The translations under genes were made by a program, and so were the position numbers. Positions 19,183-27,577 of a stretch of DNA of 27,577 nt are shown piece by piece. The notes beneath the pieces are model-generated. The model was not told where the DNA came from. It did not search any database and saw nothing but the letters and a program-made list of their open reading frames with translations. The DNA is taken from the NCBI GenBank assembly GCA_049969675.1, contig JBMFOP010000039.1:1-27577 (forward strand), read 5' to 3'. The DNA is from Myxococcota bacterium (GTDB taxonomy: Bacteria; Myxococcota; SpSt-1050). Positions within the stretch are counted from its first letter, which is position 1; every line of letters starts with the position of its first letter.

Positions 19183-19207
19183 AATACACACCTCACTTCT
19201 AAGATAA

Positions 19208-19235
19208 AGTATATCACATTATTCTCTGGATTCAA
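19208..19235 (-). promoter_or_regulatory. Possible sigma70 promoter for the DUF465-nitroreductase-coiled-coil genes
   Basis: On the minus strand: TTGAAT, 16-nt spacer ending in TGn, TATACT, ~25 nt upstream of ATG 19182. Confidence 0.4.
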
Positions 19236-19313
19236 AGTATTTATTTGTTGCCAAGAATCAATTTTTGCATTAAATATTAAATACTTCTTTGGATATTTTT
19301 ACGAGGTAAATAG

Positions 19314-19922
19314 ATGAGAAGAATAATTGTCTTGGTGTTCATCATACTGGCAGTCAGTGGCTGCCTCCTCTTTGGAAAGGGTGAATCTGTCCCCAATCCA
19401 CCACAATTCATAGACCTTTCCACTATCGGTGGCAGTACTACGCTTGGACCGGGGGATATATTTGAGGTCAAGGTCTATGGTGAGCCAGACTTATCAGGTA
19501 TATTTCGAGTATCATCAGATGGTTTTGTAAATTTCCCTCTGATAGGGAAGATAAAGGTAGAAGGATTGCCAGCCATCAAGGTTGAAGAGATAATAATATC
19601 AAAGTTAAAGGACGGATATCTAAAAGACCCTCAAGTCTCTGTATTTATAAAAGAATATAATAGTAAGAAGATATTTGTATTTGGCGAGGTTCAGAAGCCG
19701 GGCACATTTATCTACGAAGATAATATGACAATTATTCAGGCAATTACCATAGCAGGAGGATTTACAAAGCTCGCCGACAAAAATAAGGTCAGTGTCACAA
19801 GAATTGAAAACAATGAAGAGAAGAGAATATATCTCCCTGTTGAAGATATTGGGAAGGGTAAAGAGAAGAACTTTTTCTTAAAACCCGGAGATATTATCTT
19901 TGTCCCGGAGAGCTTCTTTTGA
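19314..19922 (+). CDS. wza: Polysaccharide export (OPX/Wza family) lipoprotein, short form with Poly_export plus one SLBB domain
   Basis: Lipobox 'LAVSGC', 'LGPGDIFEVKVYGEPDLSG...V..DG.VNFPLIG', 'VFGEVQKPG', ends 'LKPGDIIFVPESFF'; GAGG SD. Confidence 0.9.
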   Translation: MRRIIVLVFIILAVSGCLLFGKGESVPNPPQFIDLSTIGGSTTLGPGDIFEVKVYGEPDLSGIFRVSSDGFVNFPLIGKIKVEGLPAIKVEEIIISKLKDGYLKDPQVSVFIKEYNSKKIFVFGEVQKPGTFIYEDNMTIIQAITIAGGFTKLADKNKVSVTRIENNEEKRIYLPVEDIGKGKEKNFFLKPGDIIFVPESFF

Positions 19923-22456
19923 TTTCTCCAGAAAAACACAATCAATACGAATGGACATTCTACCTTCGGGGGCTTATCGCTCTTTATGTCTTCTTCATAC
20001 CCCTTATATATGGCTCTGTGCATTTTCATGTTTTAATCACAGAGTATATCATCGCCACACTGCTTTCGCTTACATTTCTCTATTTTAACCGACTCATTAT
20101 ATTGAATAAGCCGTCACTTATATTTACTCTATTTATAATATTTACAATGCTAATAACTATTTTTCAGCTAATTCCACTCCCTCTCCCGCTCTTGCGGATA
20201 CTCTCAAACAAGGAATATGAACTTATTTCAACCATCAATGGATTTTATAATCAGATTATCCCGCCTATCAAATTTTATACTATCTCCATTGAACCGTATA
20301 TAAATCTGGAGTATTTTATAAGGATAATTGTATTGTTACTCATCTTTATTATTGCATCTCAAAGTGAGTTTTCTGAATCTTACATACTACTCAGATCTAT
20401 AGCCTATTGCGGGGCTGTAATAGTCCTTTACGGATTCATAGAAGGGCTCTTAAACTTCAAGACATATTATTCTCAATATATCAATCTCACAAATGAAGGG
20501 ATTCTCCCTTCAGTATTTATAAATCCGAACCATCAGGCCGGATTTTTGGGCCTTGCGGCATTTACGGGAATTTCACTATATTATAGCACAGAGTTTAAGA
20601 CACAGAGACTCTTCTATCTATTCTCAGCCATACTTTCAGGGGCAGGTATCTTCTTGACTCTCTCAAGAGGCGGTATAATTGCATTCATTGCATCGCTTTT
20701 ATTTCTCTCAGTTCTACTCTTAAAAGAGAGATTTATATCCAGAAGTTCTATAATAATATTTATCGGGGCACTGATTACCATAATTATAGCATTTTATATG
20801 GCATATCAGGAGATTACAACAGAACTTCTGACACTTACAGATGTAAAGAGAATGGAGAATGAGAAATATAGACTTGTCCTTAACTCAATAGGGCTCTTCA
20901 AGGATTTTCTAATCACAGGTGTAGGAAAGGGTGGCTACGAGACCATATTCAATCTATACAGAGAGGATACACTCTTTATAAGTTTCTCACTTATGGAAAA
21001 TCAGCTCTTTCAACAGTTATCTGATTATGGAGTAATATATTTCATAATTATACTCGCACTGATGGGGTATTTTGCCTTTATCCTATTTAAGAATACGCTC
21101 TCACTTAAAACCGCGCTTTTAATAACTGCCATTTTTTATATCTTCCTACAAAATCTCGTAGATTTTAATCTTGAGATATTCTCAGTTCAGGTGGCAACCA
21201 TTATAATAATTGCAACTTTATTATCCCGATTCTCTCATCTCAAAAATGAGGACACAACCCCAATCTATAAAATATTCAGTTTTGACCTGAGTAATAAATT
21301 ATTCAACATTATGGGATTGATAATACTTTTTATTCTTTTAACGGGTATTATTCTAACATCCACAAATCGTAGAGAAAAAATAGAGGCAGAGACAGAGTTA
21401 ATATTAAATACCAACCTGCCCCCCGATGACCCATACTTCCTATCCAGAATCCGTAGATTCCCATTTAATTATTACATCCCTGCATCTATCGCTGCGAGGT
21501 ATTATCTGGACACCGGAAATAAAGTGATAAAATCCTACCTTCTACACTCATCTCTAATAAATCCCATTGCATTTGAACCACACTATATGCTATACAGATA
21601 TTTTATGAAAAACAGGGAATTTGCACAGGCTCAATCTGAATGTCGTCTCGCGCTCAAATATGCCAGAGACAATAAGACACGATTGATATATTCAGAACTA
21701 TTAAAGAATGTAGATAAGAAGGAGCTTTTTAAATACATCCCTTATATACCTGAAAAGATTACCTCTTTTGCTGATTATCTTATAAACAACTCCGAGCTCG
21801 CTCTCGCGAGGGAGTTTATTGAAGATGCACTCCATTTATCAGAAGAGAATACGGATGTTTTAAGAAGCGCATTTTATATATACATCAAATTACAGGATAT
21901 CAAAAATGCAGAGAGAACGCTCAATATATATGAGAAGTCAGATAGAGGTTATACTCTTAACCTTATGAGAGGCATTCTTTATGAGATTCAAAACCTTAAT
22001 GAAGATGCCCTTAAAGAATATAAAAAGGCTGATGAATTAAATCCTCTTAATGCAGAAATTCTTTTAAGAATTGCAAATCTAAATACCAAAATAGGAAATA
22101 TAGAGGAGGCACGTTCATATTATTTGAAGGTCTTTTTATGCGACAATATCAGTAATGAGACAAAGGTCAATATATATATCAGTATGGCTCATACCTATCT
22201 TTTACAGAAGAATACATATGAGGCGCTAAAGTATCTGAGGACAGCACTCAATCTAAGACCGGGGGATTTAAGAATTAAATTACAGATAGCCTCTATCTGT
22301 GAAAGGAATGGAAATCTCACCTGCGCGCTCAACGAATACAAAGAGATATTAATAATAAACCCCGATGAGAATCTTGCGATTGAGAAGATAAAAACCATTG
22401 AGCAGCGATTAAAAGAGATTGAAGAGATGAAGCGAATTGAACAACTTCAGAGATAG
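19919..22456 (+). CDS. O-antigen ligase (Wzy_C/WaaL-like) membrane protein with C-terminal TPR repeats
   Basis: Many TM helices, 'FINPNHQAGFL', 'LTLSRGG', 'TGVGKGGY', 'NLVDFNL', TPR-like C-terminus ('ALKEYKKADELNPLNA', 'ALNLRPGD'). TTG start overlaps the wza stop; start uncertain. Confidence 0.85.
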   Translation: MISPEKHNQYEWTFYLRGLIALYVFFIPLIYGSVHFHVLITEYIIATLLSLTFLYFNRLIILNKPSLIFTLFIIFTMLITIFQLIPLPLPLLRILSNKEYELISTINGFYNQIIPPIKFYTISIEPYINLEYFIRIIVLLLIFIIASQSEFSESYILLRSIAYCGAVIVLYGFIEGLLNFKTYYSQYINLTNEGILPSVFINPNHQAGFLGLAAFTGISLYYSTEFKTQRLFYLFSAILSGAGIFLTLSRGGIIAFIASLLFLSVLLLKERFISRSSIIIFIGALITIIIAFYMAYQEITTELLTLTDVKRMENEKYRLVLNSIGLFKDFLITGVGKGGYETIFNLYREDTLFISFSLMENQLFQQLSDYGVIYFIIILALMGYFAFILFKNTLSLKTALLITAIFYIFLQNLVDFNLEIFSVQVATIIIIATLLSRFSHLKNEDTTPIYKIFSFDLSNKLFNIMGLIILFILLTGIILTSTNRREKIEAETELILNTNLPPDDPYFLSRIRRFPFNYYIPASIAARYYLDTGNKVIKSYLLHSSLINPIAFEPHYMLYRYFMKNREFAQAQSECRLALKYARDNKTRLIYSELLKNVDKKELFKYIPYIPEKITSFADYLINNSELALAREFIEDALHLSEENTDVLRSAFYIYIKLQDIKNAERTLNIYEKSDRGYTLNLMRGILYEIQNLNEDALKEYKKADELNPLNAEILLRIANLNTKIGNIEEARSYYLKVFLCDNISNETKVNIYISMAHTYLLQKNTYEALKYLRTALNLRPGDLRIKLQIASICERNGNLTCALNEYKEILIINPDENLAIEKIKTIEQRLKEIEEMKRIEQLQR

Positions 22457-22457
22457 A

Positions 22458-24680
22458 CTACTCCACATAATTACAACTACAGGAAGCCCCACTCCCATTT
22501 GATTCAACTGATAAGTTTTCATCTGTTGATATAGATGATGTATCAACAGGCCTGATATCTTCCTCTGGACCTATATCCAATAATATATCAGTTACACCTT
22601 CATCTCCATCGGCATACATATCGGTAATATCATAAGAGGCATCCACAGGTTCAGAATCACAAGTGTCAAAATTTGAATCAATTCTTGATAAGATATACGA
22701 AGCTGCCCCAAAACCTATCATTGGGATTGAGCCGGTAACTGAATTTCCATCTTCTGAGATTAACTCTGGAAACTGATAGTTATTGAGTAAGACATAGGAC
22801 TTAACTCTATTAATTATAGAATCAGCTATATCTATCTTATCAATTCTTTTATATGCATCGGCTATCCGCAGGTCAATAAATATCCACTCCTGTTTATCAT
22901 ACCAGTCCCCATCATCATTTCTCTTATATCCACCACCTGTTGTCTTAAGGAGATTCATCATATCTAAAGTCTTCTTTGCAACCACATCGTCAGGATCTAT
23001 AACTCCAAAATTTATCGCCTCAACTACTGATGCATCCAGATATCCTGCATATGCCCTATACTCCTCAAGAGAGGATACAAAATAGCCATCTTTATGAATA
23101 AGTTTATTCAGGATATTCTCCTTTAATCTTTCATAACCTTCTCTATATTTTGCAAGACGATCATAGTCTCCCAACCTCTTTGAGAGGAGCATAGCCCCAC
23201 AGAGACCACCAAGCGCTGTAATCTGTGTATAGGCGTAGTGTCTCTCTTTCCCATTTAAGTGTCTCTCCCAGATAGAAGAATCTGCCTTTATCAGCCCTTC
23301 AGAATCAATCAATGAGAGCAGAACATCTGCAAAACCAGAGAAGATCTCTTCAGAATACTCAGATATGTCCGCCACCCCATATTCTGCTATATATCTTGCA
23401 ACTCCAATGAGAAATAGCCCTGCACCATCAAATTCAATATTAGGTCCATCTTCATTGAAATCACTCTCCTCCATCCCATCTCCATAATATCTACAAACAG
23501 AAAATTTGTAATCAGTACCTACATAATCTTTAAAATAACCGGTATCAGCATTGAGTATAAATTTGATGGCATCTAATGCCTCATCTTTAAGGCCAATCTC
23601 AATAAGTGCGTATACAGAATACATCATATCCCTCAGCCATGTGATATTCCACATCCCCGGAGGGAGTGATGCCAATATCTGCCCATTTGGTCTTCTATCT
23701 ACACTATTACTCTCTCTGACCTGTGCCATCTTCAAAAAGACTGCTGCATTGTATAAAAGCGGGTCAGAATCAAATATCTGTAAAACCTTTTTGTCTATAT
23801 GTTTAAGAAATTCTCTATAGAAATCTATCTCTGATTTTAAGAAATCCTCAATACTCTTCCCCTCAGTAATTCTTGTTGCGGAATCTACAATCTTACCAAT
23901 ATCCTTCTCATCCTGATATAAAATTAATACCCCAAACCATCTACTCTCTCCCTGTCTAAGTGAGCCAAAATCCTTCTCAAATCCACATACGGCATCATCT
24001 ACTATCCCAGAATCCTGAACATTTGTAAGCCTCTCCCCTATCTTCAAAATATTATATGGATTAACTGGATTTGTAGAATGTATGGTCTGTGAAATCAAAG
24101 GTTTATAAGCAACAATATAGTCAGAACTCTGAGATGTTTCAATATATATATCAGACTCATCAAAGACGATTCTTTCTTGATTAGATGTCACCTTATCATT
24201 CTCAAGTCCAAGATGAAAGTTATGTATTGAGAAGACAGAGAGATCCTGAATATCTGAGAGTGCATTAACCTCAATCAACATTATCATACTGCTCCCTTCA
24301 ACCGACATTGGGGAAAAGATATACTCCTCTACCCTCACCTTTTCAAATGTACGAACTGAATGGATAATTCCAGTCCTTTCAAGATATGATAGTGAATCAA
24401 AGACCTGAACTCTCTCGGGGAGCCAGAACCCTTCATTATCAATCAAGAGTCCAAAATATGTATCGTATGCTATATTTTTTACTTCTCTCCCTTTATCATA
24501 ATTTTTATAAATATGGGGAAAGAACATATTTACTCTCTTAGTCTTTTCATCAAAGACGACTGCGGAATATCCATTGGCAGAGGTAATATAATTATAATTT
24601 TTCTCCATTGCAAAGACCCGCTCAGAGAATGATAACATTATTAGAAAAGTAGATAGGAGATACAAAATGAATCTCTTCAT
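22458..24680 (-). CDS. Secreted GH15-like (glucoamylase-type) glycoside hydrolase with acidic linker and C-terminal CxC motif
   Basis: Signal peptide 'MKRFILYLLSTFLIMLSFSERVFA', 'G.ILASLPPGMWNITWLRD', 'SSIWERH', 'LDAS', 'FPELI'; ends 'GSGASCSCNYVE'. Start placed at ATG 24680. Confidence 0.75.
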   Translation of the reverse strand: MKRFILYLLSTFLIMLSFSERVFAMEKNYNYITSANGYSAVVFDEKTKRVNMFFPHIYKNYDKGREVKNIAYDTYFGLLIDNEGFWLPERVQVFDSLSYLERTGIIHSVRTFEKVRVEEYIFSPMSVEGSSMIMLIEVNALSDIQDLSVFSIHNFHLGLENDKVTSNQERIVFDESDIYIETSQSSDYIVAYKPLISQTIHSTNPVNPYNILKIGERLTNVQDSGIVDDAVCGFEKDFGSLRQGESRWFGVLILYQDEKDIGKIVDSATRITEGKSIEDFLKSEIDFYREFLKHIDKKVLQIFDSDPLLYNAAVFLKMAQVRESNSVDRRPNGQILASLPPGMWNITWLRDMMYSVYALIEIGLKDEALDAIKFILNADTGYFKDYVGTDYKFSVCRYYGDGMEESDFNEDGPNIEFDGAGLFLIGVARYIAEYGVADISEYSEEIFSGFADVLLSLIDSEGLIKADSSIWERHLNGKERHYAYTQITALGGLCGAMLLSKRLGDYDRLAKYREGYERLKENILNKLIHKDGYFVSSLEEYRAYAGYLDASVVEAINFGVIDPDDVVAKKTLDMMNLLKTTGGGYKRNDDGDWYDKQEWIFIDLRIADAYKRIDKIDIADSIINRVKSYVLLNNYQFPELISEDGNSVTGSIPMIGFGAASYILSRIDSNFDTCDSEPVDASYDITDMYADGDEGVTDILLDIGPEEDIRPVDTSSISTDENLSVESNGSGASCSCNYVE

Positions 24681-24706
24681 AAAACAATAAGGAACGTCTA
24701 TAACTC

Positions 24707-26245
24707 TCACCATAAGAGAGTACATCCGCAGCCACTATCCGAATCTTCGGATTTTCTGAATTCACTGGTATCACCTCTGAGAGATAGATCTGATATAACT
24801 TCAGTGATAGATATAGTATCAATAGATTCAAAACTATCGGATAGGCTAATCTCATCTTTTATTAGTCCAGAATCTGTAGAAGAAGTATCTTCAACATCAG
24901 GTGTAACGACATCTAACTTCTGAACATCCTCAGAAGACCCTGAATCAATACCAGCATCATCAGAATAATCTGAATCAGGTTCCAAAAGATCCAATCCAAT
25001 AGAATCTCTTCCGGCATCCAGTAAATCCTTTTCTATGACTGTAATTCTTACCGGAATCATCAATGGAGAGTTTTCAGCCATTTCTGCTTTCAAATTGATA
25101 TATGAAGTATAACTACCAGTTTGCAGTGCAGATGCATCTACATAACCTCTTACAGTTGAGGGTTTCTTAATTGCTACACCTGATTTATCAATCAACTGGA
25201 CATACACATCAGTTGAATAAATACTCCACTCAAATACCCAGGATCCACAATTATATACATCAAATTCAAAATCTGATTTTTTACTCTCTCTAAGATTGAT
25301 TGTTATATTGACCTCATTTATGTTGGCGCACAATCTTGGCTTTAATTCATCTTTATAGACCATATATTCTGTTCCCCATCCAATATAACTATCCCCCTTC
25401 TTTATCCAGAAGTACCCATTTTCACCAAAGTCATCTCCCCAGGAATTTTTACATAGATAGGCACCCTTTGCATCATCCCAACCTACAAACACAATTGCAT
25501 GCCAGCCTTCTTCTGTAGCATTTGCAGTCTTCTGATAAACTCCACCTTTATAGGCATAGAAATCACTATAAACCTTCATAGAAGTAGGAATTGGTCCATA
25601 TTTAATCAGGGCTGCCTTTATATCCTCCTCTCCTGCAATTGAGAAGAAACCTACCATCCCGGCATCTTTGATGTATTCCTTTATCTTTGGATTTGAACAC
25701 TTATTTTTACACTCCCCTTCCTGAGCTATATAAGGGAAACAAGATTCATCAGTAATACCGCTTGCCTTAATATAATTTGCTGCAAATAACTGGGAGCCAC
25801 CATAGGCACAACTTCCAGTCGCTGTACAGGAAATTAACTCCTGTTCTGATAAGTCAATATCCATTTCGGGGTCTGAATTATACATCTTTATCATAGCCTC
25901 AAGTGAGCCCAGAGTAGAAAACGCCCAGCAGGAGCCACAACTCCCCTGGTCCCTTATAGGGGTCATCCAGTTATATCCGAGATAATCTCTATAGTCTAAT
26001 CTGGACGGATAGGCAGCAAACATCTTCCAGTCTGCTGAAAAGACCTTATCAAATTTAATCACCGGAGGAGAAGACATAAGATAACTCCTTCTCTCCTCTG
26101 GAGATAACCTCATCAACTTAGTCTCACCAGCCACCCAGTTCAAATTCTCTTTCTTAATATCTGCTTTAATTCTCTCAATCTCACCTGAATAATCCCACCC
26201 TATTAAAGGCAGAGCTAGTAAAAATAAAAAGTAGAGGTATTTCAT
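24707..26245 (-). CDS. Secreted papain-family (C1A) cysteine peptidase with Ig/BACON-like domain, acidic linker and C-terminal CxC motif
   Basis: Signal peptide, propeptide 'WVAGET', catalytic 'QGSCGSCWAF', 'WHAIVFVGW', 'KNSWG'; ends 'SDSGCGCTLLW'. AAGGAGG SD; start is 26245 or 26248. Confidence 0.92.
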   Translation of the reverse strand: MKYLYFLFLLALPLIGWDYSGEIERIKADIKKENLNWVAGETKLMRLSPEERRSYLMSSPPVIKFDKVFSADWKMFAAYPSRLDYRDYLGYNWMTPIRDQGSCGSCWAFSTLGSLEAMIKMYNSDPEMDIDLSEQELISCTATGSCAYGGSQLFAANYIKASGITDESCFPYIAQEGECKNKCSNPKIKEYIKDAGMVGFFSIAGEEDIKAALIKYGPIPTSMKVYSDFYAYKGGVYQKTANATEEGWHAIVFVGWDDAKGAYLCKNSWGDDFGENGYFWIKKGDSYIGWGTEYMVYKDELKPRLCANINEVNITINLRESKKSDFEFDVYNCGSWVFEWSIYSTDVYVQLIDKSGVAIKKPSTVRGYVDASALQTGSYTSYINLKAEMAENSPLMIPVRITVIEKDLLDAGRDSIGLDLLEPDSDYSDDAGIDSGSSEDVQKLDVVTPDVEDTSSTDSGLIKDEISLSDSFESIDTISITEVISDLSLRGDTSEFRKSEDSDSGCGCTLLW

Positions 26246-26301
26246 CATCCTCCTCCTTATCGGAGATATATTAGCATAACTCTATTGATTTAACCAGAAT
26301 A

Positions 26302-26330
26302 ATAGTATCCTGATTCTGTTATATTAACAA
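26302..26330 (-). promoter_or_regulatory. Possible sigma70 promoter for the C1A-GH15 pair
   Basis: On the minus strand: TTGTTA, 17-nt spacer, TACTAT. The AT-rich context makes chance matches possible. Confidence 0.4.
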
Positions 26331-26652
26331 TTTAAAGGTTTTTATCAATTTCTATTTCTTTCCTAATCCCCTATAATCCCTATATCAAATAACATTTTTA
26401 AAATGCCTCAAACTACCCCGCACAATAACTAAATCTCTTTGATTCTCCGTCAGCCTTCGTCTCATCCACCACATTATATAACTCATCCTCCGAAAATGTC
26501 TGTAGAATTTAATTTCACCATTCATAGATTTATTCAAAAATACTTCTTTCATTGTTTATATAAAGCCTGCTTTTAAGTGTTTAACAACTAATTTAATCAA
26601 TTTTCACTTATTTTAGTTCTCTTATTTAAGAAAGTTATTTATGAAAAAATAG

Positions 26653-26681
26653 TTGTAAAACCAAAGTTTAGCCTATATAAT
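26653..26681 (+). promoter_or_regulatory. sigma70 promoter for the lipoprotein/fibre genes
   Basis: TTGTAA (26653-26658), 17-nt spacer, TATAAT (26676-26681), then GGAGG and ATG 26702. Confidence 0.6.
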
Positions 26682-26701
26682 AATTAGCGATGGAGGGTGT
26701 T

Positions 26702-27202
26702 ATGCAATACAATAAACCAATAATTTTACTCTCAATCTCAATAGCCTTATCAATTTTCTTATTTTCTTGTTCCTCCGACTCTGAAGGGAATGGAAATATT
26801 GATGCTGGGGCAGATACAGGGATGAGAAAATGCAAAAATTCTGCCCAGTGTAATGCCGATGAAGTGTGCCAGAATAGTATATGCGTTAAGAAGGAACCAA
26901 GAGATGCTGGCGATGGTGGTGAAGCAGAGGATATTTATGATATCATCCATTCAGATATCAGCGAGGATATCTCAGATACTTTCATAGATGTGGAGATTTT
27001 GGACGGAGGAGATTTGACTTCTGATATCTCAGATATAGGGATTTCAACAGAGTATAATCTGGGGATAAGCTCTATTTACGAAGGGACAGCCGGAGAGTGT
27101 TCAAATGACGAATATATACTAAAGAGTGTGAGTGGTTACTCTGGAATGAACACAATTGAAAATGATGAATTTACAATAATATCTGGTGCAAGATTTAAAT
27201 AG
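26702..27202 (+). CDS. Lipoprotein with 4-Cys module, Asp-rich linker and small C-terminal beta domain
   Basis: Lipobox 'IFLFSC', 'CKNSAQCNADEVCQNSIC', DAG/DIS-rich linker; GGAGG SD before ATG 26702. Confidence 0.8.
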   Translation: MQYNKPIILLSISIALSIFLFSCSSDSEGNGNIDAGADTGMRKCKNSAQCNADEVCQNSICVKKEPRDAGDGGEAEDIYDIIHSDISEDISDTFIDVEILDGGDLTSDISDIGISTEYNLGISSIYEGTAGECSNDEYILKSVSGYSGMNTIENDEFTIISGARFK

Positions 27203-27211
27203 GAGGTTTCT

Positions 27212-27577
27212 ATGAAATCTATATTTGTAATTATCCTCACAACCTGTATGTCAGTTACAGTCTCAGGTGCAGATATCCCCTCTGTCATCACTCATCAGGG
27301 TTATATCACTGATAAGAATGGTCTGGGGATTACCGGTGAGCTCAACTTCTCAATCGGGATTTATAAGAGCCTTGATGGAGATGACCTCCTCTGGGAGGAA
27401 GATCTGGGTACGGTGAATGTGAAAGATGGATTTTATTTCATTAGAGTAGGAGATAAGGGAGGGCTGTCGGACATTTTCAGTGGTTATTCTGTCTTATTTC
27501 TGGAGGTAAGGATAAATGGGAAGGCATTGAGCCCGAGACAGGCGATTGGGAGCGTTCCGTATGCATTTGTCTCAAAT
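27212..27577 (+). CDS. Secreted fibre/adhesin-like protein, N-terminal domain, 3'-partial (absent from the ORF track)
   Basis: AGGAGG SD; open to the window end (122 codons): MKSIFVIILTTCMSVTVSGADIPSVITHQGYITDKNG...IYKSLDGDDLLWEE...VKDGFY...LFLEVRINGKALSPRQAIGSVPYAFVSN, matching the 'P..I.YQG.L.D...LW.E...G.F...L.PRQ.L.SVPYA' N-terminus of proteins often annotated as tail-fibre or collagen-like. Confidence 0.8.
   Translation, partial: MKSIFVIILTTCMSVTVSGADIPSVITHQGYITDKNGLGITGELNFSIGIYKSLDGDDLLWEEDLGTVNVKDGFYFIRVGDKGGLSDIFSGYSVLFLEVRINGKALSPRQAIGSVPYAFVSN

Noticed and set aside
529..26950. Short alternative-frame and antisense ORFs in the track (e.g. 8230..8532, 12956..13177, 17755..18171, 24622..24855)
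   Set aside because: They overlap well-supported genes, show no recognisable motifs, and look like shadow ORFs.
27212..27577. Prophage tail gene or prophage boundary
   Set aside because: The protein has a signal peptide and follows a lipoprotein gene; no integrase, att site or phage structural gene is visible.
1..27577. CRISPR arrays, tRNA/rRNA genes, IS elements
   Set aside because: No spaced direct repeats, cloverleafs, rRNA-like sequence or transposase motifs were seen; intergenic gaps are mostly too short. Checked by eye only.

Overview
Compact, AT-rich (by eye, mid-to-high 30s %GC) bacterial chromosome segment in genetic code 11, probably from an anaerobic Myxococcota/'Deltaproteobacteria'-like organism (inference). 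In order: (1) 3' part of a degenerate S9-family hydrolase; (2) holB-ricT(yaaT/PSP1)-metG housekeeping block; (3) mvhD-mvhG-mvhA-hdrD-like-hdrA operon (group 3c [NiFe]-hydrogenase/heterodisulfide reductase) with no hdrB/hdrC, in which mvhG carries an in-frame TGA at a Trp position and a -1 frameshift; (4) four two-component genes with no DNA-binding output; (5) AglZ/FrzS-like pseudo-receiver/coiled-coil protein, nitroreductase and DUF465-like protein; (6) short Wza/OPX lipoprotein plus O-antigen-ligase/TPR protein; (7) two secreted hydrolases (GH15-like and papain C1A) that both end in an Asp-rich linker and a bare CxC-x4-COOH motif; (8) a Cys-module lipoprotein followed by the start of a secreted 'PR...VPYA' fibre-like protein running off the window. 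No rRNA, tRNA, CRISPR array or mobile element was recognised. Best leads: the helix-less MYXO-CTERM-like C-terminal motif, the lipoprotein/fibre gene pair, and the broken mvhG. Family assignments come from remembered motifs, not database searches.
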